Of a stretch of 64,000 nucleotides of DNA, positions 14,944-29,383 are shown piece after piece. A program made the position numbers and the translations under genes. Origin of the DNA: Amoeboaphelidium protococcarum X5 (taxonomy: Eukaryota > Fungi > Aphelidiomycota); assembly GCA_023515725.1 (NCBI GenBank), contig JALDTO010000215.1, forward strand, positions 521,053 to 585,052. The letters run 5' to 3'. The notes under the pieces are model-generated. The model made no database searches, was not told where the DNA came from, and worked only from the letters and a program-made list of their open reading frames with translations. How positions within the stretch are numbered: the first letter of the stretch is position 1; every line of letters starts with the position of its first letter.

Positions 14944-16176
14944 ATGGGTACAAACAAGGAAATGGCTACTACAACAGACTCGCTTATGCATATAGACTCT
15001 GTGAGAGTAAGCGATGGCACTAATAGCTCTATTGGCGCTGAATTGAATGGTATGGAGGCTGGTGGTGGTGGTAGTGGTAGTGGGCGATGTGAAAATGAAA
15101 AGATCAAGTCAAGATTTAACCAGCTGTTGATCTCTCCCCTTGACAAACAGCAGATGGACCAAGGCTTCCATAGCGGCGGCGGGATGCATCACTCTGGGGA
15201 TTCTACATCTGCCGCTTCTGGGCTATCATTCTCCTCCTCTCTGTCATCAAAGGATCACTCATTTTGGGATAATAATATGGAACAATTCAGTCGGACCCTG
15301 TTGTATGATCCGCTTAGTTACGATCGTAAAGTTTGTAGATTGGAGCAGGTGATTAAATCGCCGACATTCATAATGGTGATATTTCTAAGGCGATTTGGTT
15401 GTCCTGTTTGCAGAGCGGTGACTACTGGCTTAATGTATTTATTTGATCATGTGCTCAGGCCGTTATTGAAAGACAATATTAAACTGGTGGCTATCGCTTG
15501 CGAAGAGACTGGTGTTGATGAATTTGTTCGTCAAGGATATCTAGATATTAGTTCATAACGAAGGTAATAAGTGCAAAATGTCCCAAATCATCTGATTAAT
15601 GGCAATCATAATGGAATAGTGAATGGTGATGGTAACTGTAATCATCGCGATGCCGAAAATAGTTTTGATCACAACAATGAATCCGATCAGTAGGTGCAGC
15701 TTTTTATTAATCCATCTGGCACTGCATTCTCTCTGCTATCTCTTAAGAAACTGTCACTCTCCAATGCCTATGGCCTGACGAATATTTAAAAAATGAAGGC
15801 TGCCGTGAATTTAGCAAGCGACTCATATTTCAAGTAGACTAGTGATTTCAATGGCAATTATGTCCAACTGGGTGGGATGTTTATCTTTAGGAATAGTGGT
15901 CATCCCACGTTTGATTAAGAATGCATTTTTGAGCATAAAGAAGGCTATGCTGGAGATACTCCGCTGGTTTTAGATATTATGAAAGTGTTTGGACTGGACG
16001 ATGCCACATCGTCACAATCATAGTTATCGCCTGAATTTGAGCACCTCTTGTCACTATTTCAGGGCGATGATCTGGCTAAGCTCAGAGTTTTGCATCTTGC
16101 GTAAAGAGCCGCGCAGGAGAATAAGATTATTCAGAAGAAGTAGCGCGGATTATCCGCATTGTCACTATAAAAATGA
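14944..16176 (+). CDS. Peroxiredoxin-like 2 (AhpC/TSA_2, FAM213-like) protein
   Basis: FLRRFGCPVCR, QLFINPS, GNYVQLGGMFIF, IFEHKEGYAGD; long low-complexity N-terminus. Confidence 0.85.
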
Positions 16177-16374
16177 TTGTTAAATATATAGATCTCTTTG
16201 TATGAAGTCTGTAGTTTTGAGCTTATGTCTCGTCGCTATTTGATGGCGCTTATTTGCGCTTGAGCTTTGTTTCGTCGTAACGCCTCGCTCATTAGAAATT
16301 CTTGTGCTTTATCACTTCAACCGTCTAGTGGATTCTCATTACAGCTAGTATTAAGCTTAATAATTGTTGAAATA

Positions 16375-17664
16375 ATGAACAAAGAAAACCTGGTAGATAA
16401 TGTGGATGCAGCGTTTGATAGACTCGGCGGTGTCATTTCGTATAAGATTAGCTTAATTGGTGGCACCGTCATTCACCGGACCAAGTCAAGTATCATATGG
16501 CTTCACCGAGAATTGATGACTGTCGCCGGTTAGGAACTCCTGCTCCTTCACCCATGTCCTTTCAGTGTATATGATTAATCTGGTTTTGATCAGCTGGAAC
16601 TCCTGGTAAAGTACGGATTCTATGAATCTACCACGATTGCTAATTAATGGTCCAAATTCCTGGACTTATAACGTCTGCTGCCTAGACAGAAGCGTCACCA
16701 GTCGGATGACACACCTGGATAAAGTACTGAAAAATACTATACTCAAGTCACTTCATAAAGGAAGCTATCGTAGATAAAGCGATGGCTGAACTCTATTCTG
16801 TAGCATAAGAGCGATCGGATATCACAGTGTAAAAGCGTGGAGTATTTCATGAGCGATCAGTTTAATGAGAATCTCAAAGCCAGCGGTGCGTATGTGGTTA
16901 GTAATGGTATAAAGAGAACAATAGCTCGGTTATCAATGTCCTTCCTGAAATAAATTATGCCTCATGAATATCATCGCGGTATCAGGTTATTCTCCAATGA
17001 CAATACTTCGAATGTTCTAATGGACGAGTAAGCTCATTATGAGGCGGATAAGAAGTACCTGCTCCTGGTAGAAGACTAGCTGGTGAATATGATTGAGAAG
17101 TACTATGCAATGATTGAGCATGCAGATAATCTGGCCCGACACTCGTATTAAATGTCGTCATCTACACAGACATTGGATGGCATACAGGCATTCTTTTAGA
17201 TTGTAGGCAAACCTGGCAAGAAATTGAATGCTGATCTCACGGATAGTTTAAAGTCTTCTGCAGATCTGTTGATGATTTTGCTCATCTATATCCATCAACT
17301 CAAGGGCTTTCTCAATTACTATTTGGATGTTCTTTTAGATTATTATGTGGCCGAAATGGAGCATTAGAAGGCGGCTGATACGCTATTGAGATTGTAGACT
17401 AATGATGAAGATGTAACAGCAGCATACGCTGCCAAGGAGAAGGCTGTGTAGACTCGGACATTGTGCTAGTAATAGGAGAATGAATGCAAGTAGAAGGTGA
17501 AATCGCAATTCAAAATGTTTGCTGAACTAAGAGCAGCCTCTTTGAATACTTTTATGGAATAGTATAGCAGTTCTCACATAGTGCACATCCGTCAAGCTCG
17601 GTCGAATATCTAATCGCTATTGGACAAAAAGACTAATGAAAGTCGATAGTAAACTTTAACGTGA
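16375..17664 (+). CDS. Divergent PX-BAR sorting nexin-like protein
   Basis: 429-codon ORF; HRTKSSIIWLHREL (PX-like), RKLSQIKRWLNSILQH..VEYFMS, helical BAR-like C-terminus (VKSQFKMFAELR). Confidence 0.6.
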
Positions 17665-17692
17665 CAAGTCAATGATTATAATAATTCTAATC

Positions 17693-18721
17693 TCATTCTG
17701 TAGATCCAGATATTTCCTCAGTCTCCTATTCAATTTCCTCTTCAGAACCAGAATCTTCTTCCTCATTGTCATCCTCTTAAACTTCCTCATCTTCCTCAAT
17801 ACCATCCTCTGCCAACTACTTCTCATCTCGACTCCTCTTCAATCCCTTCATCTTACGCGTCTGCAGTTTATTGAGATCCTATTTGTCCACATGGACAGTA
17901 CCGATAGTCGTGCCCAGGATATCCTTATCAACATTCTTAATCTTCTTTGGCTTAACCTCTGCAGGCACTCTAGTAGCCTTGTGCCATACCTCAGACTCAT
18001 GATCTCTAAAGCGAACCACCTTCCCCTAGATAAACGGACCGGCATTTTCCAACTATACATATGGCACTGCTCCATCGCTACTCTTTCTCATTCCAACAGA
18101 GTATACGCGAATATCCAGGATACCGTCTTGATCCAGGGATGCCGCAATCACAGAATCAACACCGCTGAGGGAAATCTTCTCCAATGGCTCAACGTTGAAC
18201 AAATCAAAAAGGACATTCTTCAATAGCTGATGCTACTCACTTCCCGTCATTGACCATCCATCACCGTGGAAAGTCATTACGCGTTTTACACCCAGTTTGT
18301 ATCCAGCACTACTCTTACCATCACCCAGTGCTGTGAAATCATCAATACTTACATGGTGCATCACCTACAATTCGACAAAGTCCAATACGCGTGCATCAAA
18401 CAATCTACCGATAGTGATCGTGTGTGGCCTCTTCTTCATGTGATTACCCAGGATAAATAGAGACGAGTCATCATTTTTATCGCACAGAAATTCAATGGAA
18501 CTAGTATCCTCAAAGAGGTTGATATCATTCTTCTTGTGTAACAGGGTGGAATGAGGCTTCTTCAACGCGTGCAAGTCTCTGAGCAAACCATTCACCATCT
18601 CGGACGTGTGTTTACCCTTTAGTACCAGACAGTGCTTGGGATCCTCAATAATTTTTGGTTCCCTCTTCTCAAGCTCCCTCTTTGCTCTCTTACTTGACGG
18701 CTTTCTATTAATTTTGATCAT
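17693..18721 (-). CDS. RPF2: Ribosome biogenesis Brix protein Rpf2
   Basis: KRELEKREPKIIEDPK, KKNDINLFED, KKRPHTITIGRLFD, acidic tail. Confidence 0.95.
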
Positions 18722-18905
18722 TTTTTTATTTTTATTCACTTTTCGCGCTTTGTTTCTCGCTCTGATGAGAAAGAGAGAGACATTTGTGGATTGAAGCGAG
18801 AAAGTTGTGATCTGATTGAGGATCATTCGGCAATGATCGTCGCCGCGTGTCGGTCTTTCATAATAGCGATCGCCATAAGTTGATTAAAACGAGCACTAAA
18901 TTATA

Positions 18906-19817
18906 ATGGAGGTTAAAGCTGGTGATATCGCGGCCAAATTTAGAGGCGAAGTCAAAGAGTATACGTTAAGCGTCGGATAAGAGGACGCTAGGCCGACACT
19001 GTATGCATTTCTCGCCAATGAAGATGAATTCGCGGTCAAGTATGCACGTCAAACGTAGAAGTAGTGCGAAGAAGATGGTATCAATTTTTAGCTGAGGCAC
19101 TGTGATAAAAATGAACTTGAAGACGCTATTGTCGATGCCAATAACGATCCGAAAGTTCATGGCATAATGGTGTATTATCCAGTGTTTGGAAACGATCAAG
19201 ATTTGTATTTGCAGAACATAGTGAATGTGCAGAAAGATGTTGAGGGACTTACTCACACCTTCAAGTTTAACATGTACTATAACATTCGCCAGCTGCCTGA
19301 TGGTAGTAAATGCATCATTCCATGTACTCCGCTAGCTGTAGTCAAAGTCCTTGAGCATTTGAACGTGTATAATTCCGCGATGCCTTATGGAAATCGGCTT
19401 CATGGCAAAACAGTGTGCGTGATTAATCGCAGCGAAGTTGTTGGCCGACCTCTGGCTGCGCTGCTCGCCAACGATGGAGCCAAAGTGTTCAGTGTGGACA
19501 TTAAGAATATTTAGGTGTTCACTCGCGGTCAAGGCCTAAAGTAGCATAGACACACGGTGGCAGAGTGCTCTCTCAATCTCCAGTAAGTATTGGCGTAGTC
19601 TGATGTTGTGATAACTGGTGTGCCATCCAAAGAGTATAAAGTGGAAACGGATCATTTGAAGGATGGAGTTATTGCCATTAATTTTAGCTCTTTCAGGAAC
19701 TTTAAGGATGATATCACTCACCGCGCTTCCATTTACGTGCCATCAATTGGAAAGTTGACCGTGTCTATGCTTGAGCGTAATTTGATTAGATGTCATTAGA
19801 ATTTATCCAGCAAGTGA
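18906..19817 (+). CDS. MTD1: NAD-dependent methylenetetrahydrofolate dehydrogenase
   Basis: VHGIMVYYPVFG, KDVEGL, IIPCTPLAVVKVLE, INRSEVVGRPLAALLANDGA. Confidence 0.95.
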
Positions 19818-19965
19818 TTGCTGATTCTTAAAGCGAATAGACAAATATTTTATATTCGCTTGAAGATTTCGCATGCAATATTTGTATGCTCACATTTGCT
19901 CTTTATTTTTAGAAGATTCGCTCTGTCTTAATAGTGAAAAAGTGGTAAAAGCACATCAAAGAGAA

Positions 19966-21010
19966 ATGATTGTCGCGGATTTGTTTAAATAAAGTGTAGG
20001 ATGTACCTTATATGTTGTATAATGACGCGTTATTAATATCTTGTATAGTGTAGATTGCTTAGTTTTCAACTCAATCTGGTCCATAGAATCAAGCGGTGTA
20101 GCCACTCTCTATCGCGGTGGCTTCCTCATCGCTGCAGCAATCTGTTGATGATATTTCGAAAACTTCACAGAATCTCAAAGCTACTAAAGCTCTGCAATAG
20201 ACTATTAATAAAGATGATGAAGAAAAGATGGAGAGGACAATGTTCCTTGGAAATCTACCGCTTGAGGTTATGGACAAAGCAGGTACAAGAGAGCTGAAGC
20301 AGTTTATCTTGAGCGGTGGCTGCATGAATTAAGATTCCAACGTATCGTCGCCATCTCCAGTAGAGTCATAGTAATAGCTTAAGATTGATTCTATCAGATT
20401 TAGATCTATAGCGCTTAGTAGGCCGACCAAGAATAAAAAGATGCGTAAAGTTGCAATCACTAAGCATGTCGATCTCCATGAACAATGTGATACTGTTAAC
20501 GCGTATGTTGTTTTCAAAGAGCGTCAGATGGTTAAGCAGTGTATCGATCAATTGAATGGGAAACTATTCCAAGATCGCCACTTGAGATGCGATTACGCTG
20601 ACCACAAGAAGCCTTTTGATCCTAAGCATACAATATTTGTGGGAAACTTGCCTCTGAATGCTAGCGAAGAGGCTCTGTGGCGTCAGTTTGAGAATGCGTG
20701 TGGACATGTTCACGGTGTGCGCGTCGTTAGAGACAATGTCACTAATGTTGGTAAGGGTATCGCGTACGTCTGCTTCAAAGACAAGTCTAGTGTGAGTATA
20801 GCACTGCAGATGAACGAGACTCCTTACATCCACTAGGCCGCGTCAAGTGATCACAAAGCATAGACGCGTCCAATGAGAATCTCCTAATGTGTGCGCAAAG
20901 TCAAGGATAGCAAGAAGCGTCAACCTAAGGAGAGTAAAGACTCCAAAAGTAACTATAAAAGGCGCAAGGTTTTGAAAGCGAATAATACCAAGTAGCGTTC
21001 AAAAAAATGA
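19966..21010 (+). CDS. NOP12: Nucleolar two-RRM protein Nop12/RBM34 (first exon and start uncertain)
   Basis: ERTMFLGNLP, IDSIRFRSIA, VNAYVVF, IFVGNLP, VRVVRD..GKGIAYVCF. Confidence 0.88.
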
Positions 21011-21064
21011 TTTGATCTGTATTCGAATTAGAATCATTGCTCACATCAACTATAGTCTTAAGAT

Positions 21065-21763
21065 TCAACAGCTGACTAAATCTCTTTCATTCAACATTTC
21101 CAGAATGTGATCATTGATGTAGTAGTCCATCAGCAATTCCCTTTTTAAATCTTCAGCGCCTTGAATCTTTTTCAGACAACGACTATATCCACACCAACAA
21201 TCGAAAGGTTGAGCCATTGCCCACTCAGTAGATGGGTAAAAGAATGTCAATTCAGAGCCTACTGGTAGACCTCTCAAAGCCACAACATTCATCGCTTTAA
21301 CATCAACCTTCACATTGGGATCGCACGAATGATTCCTACAAAGATAACTCAGCGGATAGTTTATATATTGATAGGAAAATGAGTCAAGATTTACATGTAC
21401 ACGAGATCAGAGTTGAGTTCAATATGAGAATCGCGGCCAATTTGAACAGAACTACATATCAATTGCCTCTTTGACAATAATCGTTACCTATAAAATTCAA
21501 TAAGGAACAACGTACTACCTGTAACGCTTCTCTTTAGTTAGGGTACAAGTTTCCTTAAATGAAGCCACCACATCATCCTTTGAAAACGGCACCTTGGTCA
21601 CCAACTTTTCAACAAACGAGCCTGATCTTCCCTCGCACTTTTAGACACTACTAATTACCTTAGGTGATATACATTTGAATATATAATTCCTGAGACAAGT
21701 CATAAATTTTACATGACAACTTTGTTTAGTTAAGTCTTTTGACTCTACAAACTTCTCGTACAT
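21065..21763 (-). CDS. Small SET + post-SET domain protein (about 3 introns)
   Basis: YSSVQIGRDSHIELNSDLVYM|NHSCDPN, ELTFFYPSTEW, PFDCWCGYSRC; start approximate. Confidence 0.85.
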
Positions 21764-22096
21764 CAAACGTATGCAATAATTTCATATCAACAATATTACC
21801 TATGCAGCGATTTCTGCTACCACCATATTTGCTCACTCTATATCAATGCAAGTAATAAAATATAGACTCGATATAAATTTAAGCTTTTTGTTATCACAAT
21901 GCTCCAGTAACAGAAACAATAATGAGAAGTAAAATCAACAAAATCTCACTCTGAAACAATTCTGCTGGTCGAGTTTGTGATTCACGCAGGTGAGAGAGAT
22001 TTAGATGTGAGATGGGCAAGTCGATTAAAAGCTGCATTGGTCATAGGAACTAATGATGGTACAACCACTGTAAATTATAACATCAATAACAAGTAT

Positions 22097-23698
22097 TCAT
22101 TTCTAGGATCGTTTTACGGCATTCAACGGATCAGTCTCTGCTTCCAGCATGTCAGAGTCATCGGCTAGTGGATCCTGACTGGGGAACGTATTGCGCGGAT
22201 TCACAATATTAGCACCATCACCTTCGCGCGGAGAAATGTCATACACATCATCAAGCCTTATTCTTCTGTTCGTGTTCAGAAATGGCAAATCAAGTCGCGC
22301 TCTTCTCCCCAATACATAATCGAAAGCGTGTGGGCCTCTCTTTTTATACACAATGTACACCGCACATGCACTTATGCCAAATATTAAAACTATTGGCAGA
22401 AGAGCAGAGCGCGAGTGAGGTGTCTCCTTTCCAGTATCATCGGTGCCATTTCCTGTGCCAGTAGATGACAAAGAAGACAGTTGTCCTATGAAAGCTGATT
22501 CCTCATTCCAAACTCCACCAATGAACACATTTCCATCTTTGAGAATGGTAATCGCCGATGAGATATCATTCATCTGTGAACCAAACTATTTATGCCACAG
22601 ATTAGTGCCATTAAAATAAAAAGCAGACAAGAAGGCATCTTGACCACCCTGTGACTTGACTTAAGGAGCGATTCGATCATTTGTTGTTCCAGTCACTAGA
22701 ATGTGCTTAGACTACGGATGAATAGCCAGATCATAACCAAAATCAATGCCATTCCCACCGAATACTATACTCCACGGCGCACGGGTTCCATTATTAGCAT
22801 CAAAATATGTGACAATCACATCAGCCATGTATGTTGTGTGCTCATCTATTGGCCCAAAGACGTATCCAGTAACATACACTCGATCTTTGCCATCGATGTT
22901 CTTTGCCACAGTCAGTGCATTAAACGAACTAGGCTACTTCATAGTTGTTGTCCATAACAATGTGCCATTAGAATGATATTTTTGGACAAACCCATAATAA
23001 TTATCAATAAAACCAGTGAGATATATTTCATCTGAAGAGCTTCCCATCTGACACTGCCAACCAAACTCTATTCCCTTCTGGCCAAATGTACGAGTCCATA
23101 ACTTTGAACCATTAGTATCAAATTTAAATAAAATAATATCAGCACCACCCTTGAACACCTGGCTATCAATCTTTCCTCCAACTGTGCCGCTCACATAAAC
23201 AGAGTGGCTGGCAGAGTCCACTGTAACACCAATGGCCAGATCATCCTCATCGGTTCCCCAAATTTTCAAGTACGCCAAAGAGCTATTGCTACCATGATAT
23301 TTTGCAAGCATATAATCACCATAGCCATTTTCGTTAACAGTCTTGCGCTCTTGATCATAGTTTGAGAATCCCACGACGTAAACGTCTCCATTTTAATCAT
23401 CAATGGCAAGCGATGTTGAGACAAAGATGGCCTCAGGATCGTAGCGCTCAAATTGTAATATTCTCCCGGTTCTCTACAATCCTTGATATTCAATAGAAGT
23501 AGACAGAAACTGATTAGATGTGCCAGTGACAAAGAAACTGTCCTATTTCATTGTATTAGCTTGTATATCAGCAATCTCATACAGTCCATCAACAAGCTCA
23601 AAATCGATATCAGACTAGCTGAATCCTTATACTTACAATTGATAAAGGCAAAGGCATTTAAATACGTATAACTATACTAAATAGCTTAAAGAAGGCAT
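22097..23698 (-). CDS. Type I membrane protein with SBBP-like beta-propeller repeats
   Basis: One frame; hydrophobic N-terminus; repeats such as IDDQNGDVYVVG, VYVSG..GGADIILFKFDTNGSKLWTRTFG; TM helix ALLPIVLIFGISACAVYIVY followed by KKR. Confidence 0.8.
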
Positions 23699-24473
23699 TT
23701 CTAATATACTAAGCAGAGCACGGCGTTTTCTAATTGTCTGATATGACTAAGTCAGTATAAAGAGTGCGATGAGAGTTGTGAAGAGTTGAAACAATCCCGA
23801 GCGAACAATCAAAGCGACGCGTTTTGAGGACGAGCTTTTTTTCTCATTCGACTTTGCTTCACCAAAACTAAGTTTGGCGGTGATTCTGTATATCGATTAG
23901 ACCATTATGTACTGTTGAAAAGTTGTTTTAGAGAGAGAGTTCTTGAAGGCAGAGATCAGGTGGCGACGAGGACGATATGTCCGTAAGTTGATCAACTCGC
24001 GCTCAACTTGCAGACCACTCTCCGTTGCTTCGCCATCTACAGATGATAGAGGGAATGCCTGGGAACAAGTACTGTAAATGAGTAATCACAAAAGAGCAAC
24101 TTTGAGTAGATGCAGAAATGAAAACTATTCACCGTTGAGCAACATTGTGAAATAGTAATTGCGTAGTTGTACAGAGAGAGATTTTCAGTTCATCGACGAT
24201 CATACCACAAATGATCTACCTGAACTCGTTTCGATCTCAGTAGTCAAGATTTGTCGGGCTCTAGTAGTACTTTGATCAGAGATGGCAAGGGAATGTAGAG
24301 TGTTGTCGATTTACTTTTTTGCCTTTTTAGGACCATATAGACTACAGCCCTGGACTGGAATGCATTCTAATTGAATAAATCTTTCTAACCATTCACAAAA
24401 CTAAGGAATGCGAATACGGCAAAATATTATTTAAAGTATTGTAACAGATATAGAAATAAGTCGCAGTAAATAT

Positions 24474-26149
24474 TCAGACACTCATCGCGTATTTCATTGC
24501 ACTTGACTTGATTAGACGAGAGCTATTGAACAAATCCATGCCTAAAACTCTAACGCTGGTGACCACATCTTACATTAAGCCATAAGATTTGTTATCGGTA
24601 ACGCCATAAAGACGCCATAGCATATCAATCGACGCCATGGTCGCTAAATTCGATACACTTTTCGTTCTTTGATAACGCGCAAGAGCAATTTCTGAACCCA
24701 AATCTTGTCCTAGTTAAATCTGTTGGGCGCAATTCAATGCCAGCTACTGTGCATCATTTAATCCCAGATTAAGTCCGAGGCCGGCCATTGGATGTATGAC
24801 ATGAGCTGCATCCCCGATTAAAGCCAATCTATGCCTTGTATATTCCTCACTTTTTCTAAATCTAAGAGGAAACGCAGCTCTACTCATGGGAACCATATCA
24901 GTGACTCTTGGCAAGTCGTCTCTAAATTTAAGCTGATTTCTGGACATGTAACGAGATGACCATCGCTCATTTGCAAATTTGATATCCTCCTCATGTAATT
25001 GATCTTGGCCATCTTCGCATAAAAAGTCGAGCAAATGAGCAATATCCGAGTATGGTACTTGTAGAGCAAGGTTGATAAGTTCAACAAATTGACCATCTGG
25101 CAGACTGACAAGTTACCGCGCCAGCTTTGATGGACATGACCATACAAGTGAGGCTCGAGATTCAGACAGAGGTAGAATGGCCATAATGTTCCCAGGCATA
25201 AACTTTTGATACGCAGTAGACACGTCTTAATCTAAATTCAGAGATGCTACAACTCCACTTTGACCATAATCCCAACCGTTCATTCTTATATCAGATGCTT
25301 ATCGTACGACGGAATTAGCTCCATCAGCACCGACAAGCAACTTGCAGTGTATTTCATTATCATCCCCCTTCAAAAGAACGCGTGGTAATTCAGAACCGTC
25401 AGACAATACACTGTCACCTGCTTTCTCATTATACTCATCAAAGGATGATGGTACAATCACTTTATCTACCGACTATCCATATAGCAATTCAACGTCATTA
25501 CTAGATTCTAAATTCTTAAACAATGCCTGCGTGAGATTAGTATTCTCGATCATTGCACCAATGTACGACTAATTCATGTCAGATGAAGAGAATTCAATCG
25601 CTCCACCAACTTCCATACCAGTAAGTGCACTAAGACCTGTCAACATTGGACTGTCCGATGCTGCATTATCCCAAACCTACCGAATCGAATTGAATAAGAA
25701 TATGGTCAGTTACAGCTATCAATATAGTCGCGTACCTTCATTGAAGTATAAGCCTTAACCCGTTCGTGGATTACGTGTTAATAGACTCCACATTCTACAC
25801 AATCAACAAATTATCCTCAAAATCATCATAAGTATCAGACATACATTAAAAGTACCTTTCAAAAAATCGATTGATTACGGTGTCAAAGAACTAACTCTAT
25901 TACTAACGGGCGAGCTCTTACTAAATGCGAGCAGTTTCTCCATGGGCGCAGACTCTACCAATGCAATGGATGGGCATTTTACACCAAGCTACCTTGCCTT
26001 TCCAACTACACTTAATTATGACGTATATTAGATTCAACAGAACTTTAAATCTTCTTTAGCGTAACGATATAATTACCCAATCCGGAAGCAAAGGCAGATC
26101 CCACAATCCCACCGCCAACAACCACGATATCATACACGCGCTTAGACAT
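24474..26149 (-). CDS. COQ6: Ubiquinone biosynthesis monooxygenase Coq6 (several 5' introns)
   Basis: YDIVVVGGGIVG, LLVGADGANS, AYQKFMP, ALIGDAAHVIHPMAGLGLNLG, QDLGS. Confidence 0.93.
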
Positions 26150-26497
26150 TACTCCAAATGTGAAGATGTGACGATATATAATTCTATGCTGGACAATAAA
26201 AAAGATTTCACACTCAGAATTCTAAAATAATGTCACAATCTGTTAAAGAAAACGTTACGCGATGAATAAAGCGATGCTTTGATGCTTTGCCGGTTGACGA
26301 CGCTTAGCATAAGACTGCGTTGGTTGACAACGGCCGTTCCGTCTCTTCTCCTTCATTCTTTCTGTTCCGTGTTGTTTCATCAGACGATTAAATAAACTAG
26401 TTATTACTTGAAAGCATCTACAGTCCTCTCATCTATCTTAATAATTGATTTTGAAATTTGGGTCAATTGTCTTTTTGTTCGATAATAGGAATACGTT

Positions 26498-29278
26498 ATG
26501 GGAGACTCAAATAAGAATGATCAAAAGAAGAGCATTGTTTTGAAAGAGGAAATTGATGAAGAATATGAACCGAATGATGAAGAAATCAAAGAGTATGCCA
26601 AGTATATAGGGATGGATCTGAGCAATCCTGTGGACATTGAGCTTTTGTGGATAGCCAGAGAAGGTCTTAAAGCTCCGTTGCCTAATGATTGGAAGCCATG
26701 CTAGACTGATGATGGGGAGGTGTATTATTTTAATTTTAAGTCTGGCGAATCTATTTGGGATCATCCATGTGATGCAATATTTAAGAAGAAGTATTTGGAT
26801 GAACGAGCAAAGAGAGCGACTGGAAATGGTAAGATTACTGGGTATACAGTGAATTTACAGTAGATTTCGTCGTAGTCAGTCTCAAGTAATGTTATTCCCA
26901 CCGTTGTTTTGCCGCAGTCTAATTCTGGAGACTTCTCCAAACAGTAGTAGATTTAATCTGGTGCTGTGTAAGAGAGAAAATCCTCTGCTGGAACTATTAA
27001 TCTAATGCAACTCACAAATGATGCCAAGATGTTGAGTAAGAGTGCCGACTTGAGGCCCATGAAGATACCATCATCCAGTGATTTGCACTCCAAACAGTCT
27101 GCCTCCCTGCAAGTTCCGGGCTCGTCATCACGTCTGGATGTCAGTAAGAAAAGTCTTCATCCTTCAGTTAATTTACTGAGCGTACATGCCAGCAGTAGAT
27201 CACTGAATAGTCCGATGGGGAAGAGTGATGCTAATCTGGTCTCATCTATCATTAACTTGGCGGAGGAGGCGCGGAAAGCTTCTCAATAATCCAGCGACAA
27301 AATACGGGGTGCTGGTACTTCAGTAGATGATAAGTAGCGTGATGTTGTGCAGCAGATGCTTCTGGCTAAGATTGAGGAGTTGCGAATTTAGTTTGAAGAG
27401 AAGGAGCAGGATGAGAGATAAATGTTTGAAGATCGACTATAGGCATTTCGGAATATGCTCAAGGATGAGCGGGCGTAAATCGAGAAGGAGGAACGTGCTC
27501 AGTTGGAGAAGGCTGTTGCTTAATTTAAAAAAGAATTACAATAGGAGTTGGAGGAGTAAAAGTAAGAGGTTGAGTAGAAGATGGATCAGTAGCTGCAAGA
27601 GTCACTGTAAACTTATGATGAGCAGCTTCAACTTAAAGAGGAGAAGGAGAAAGTTAAACTGGATCGAGAGTATAATGATCGATTGAAAAAATTTCGAGAG
27701 GAGTTGGAGTTGCAGTATAGCAAAGAGTAGACTGAGGAAGAGATTCGCGCATAGTATCAAAGAAAGAAATAGTCTTATGAAATAGAAGCTGAGAAGGAGC
27801 TCACTAAATTGAAAGAGTAATTAGAGGCTAAGAAGCTTGAGATTTAAGTACAGTTTGATAAAGTGCTTGCTGTATAGAAGGATAAGCTTGATGTGGAGTT
27901 GGCAGAACTGCAGAAATAGTTTAAACTAAAAGAGTAGCAGGAGATGGATAAATTGGAATAACAGTCTCAAGATTTGAAGAAAGTGCTGAAAGATAAGATC
28001 TCGATATAACAGAGTGAAATGGACACGTAAGAGAAGCACTTGTAGAATTAGTTGAAGCTTTCATACAAGTAGCAGTTGAAAGATCGTGAAGCAGAATTCG
28101 AAAAAGAATATTAAAATATCGAGAGCAAATGGACCGCGAAACTGCTCAAGTTAAAGCAGCAACTCTAGTTTGAGTAAAATACTCTGGAAGATAAGTTGAT
28201 CATCATTCGGTAGCACAATTAGAAAGACTCTGATGCTACGTTCGCTGCCGCTATTAAGATGAAGAGAAATGAATTGGCAGATCTGATGAAGGAGAATGAG
28301 TAGGAGATTGAGAATTAGCAAGTCAAGAAGCGATAATTGGAGAAGGAGCGGTTGGCATTGGAGAAATAGGAATCAGAACTAAGGCAAAAGTCAGAAATGA
28401 TTAATGCCTTTTCACTCTAGTCCAAGGGCAAGATGGATTTTAATAATGGAAACTCTCCAAAGCAAAATTAGTAAGCAAGGACGAAGCATCGGGCTCGAGA
28501 ATTATCAGGTAGAAGTAATCATATGAACAATGATTTTTACTCTCAAGTCAGCTTAGATTCGTCATCAGATGATAATGACAATGGGGATACTCTGAAGGAA
28601 TTTGACGATATGTTTATGCGTGCTGATGGGGATCAAAGTTACGTTCGAACGTCACCACTTGCTAAAGAATTGCATAAAAGATTGAAAGAAGAGGAGGAGT
28701 ATATCATGAGATTGAAAGAGGATGCTAGAGACAAGAAGTAATTTGCTCATGACAAAGAAAAGTAATCGTTGTCATCGGACAAGCAACCTCACTCTGGTCT
28801 GGAGTCTGCTATTCACTAACCGCTAGACGATACCTCTTTGAAATTGTCAGAGATTGACGGTGGAAATGGAGGTGCATCTGGAAACGTTGATCCTCAGTAA
28901 CAGCAAGAGTTGTAGGATATAATCAGTGGTCTCCGCAAGTCTTATGTAAATTCTGCCCCACTTCCATCTCTCGGTGGATCGCGATACAAGTACAATCATC
29001 AGCATGTACCCGCTTTTTCTGCATCATCCACGTCCCCATTCTCTGGATTGAAGAGTAATTTAAGCGGTGGTGGTATCATGAATCCGTCCTTTGAATTGAG
29101 ACAGTGGGAGCAAGAGAGAATGAAAGCTGAAGATTTGATCCGATCGCACCAACACTGGCTCAAAGACTTTCGACATCGCGTCGGTTTATAAAGGCACACT
29201 CTTAGTGGACATAATTCTGCTAGTGGTCGAAGGTCTGCATATCCATCATTCTCCTCTGGCAATCACGATTATAGATGA
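26498..29278 (+). CDS. CEP164: Centriole distal appendage protein CEP164-like (WW + coiled coil)
   Basis: [56 protein letters not shown], long E/Q/K coiled coil, C-terminal LIRSHQHWL. Confidence 0.88.
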
Positions 29279-29383
29279 TTTGCTACTCTTATAATAGTAT
29301 ACGAGCATTGGCCATGAAATAATAAAGTATGGTTATCCTCTGTAATCTCATATTTAAACTGACTTTAATTCACATAACAAAGA

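Noticed and set aside
23900-24380. Possible plus-strand ORF between the propeller gene and COQ6
   Set aside because: No convincing start, motif or splice structure.
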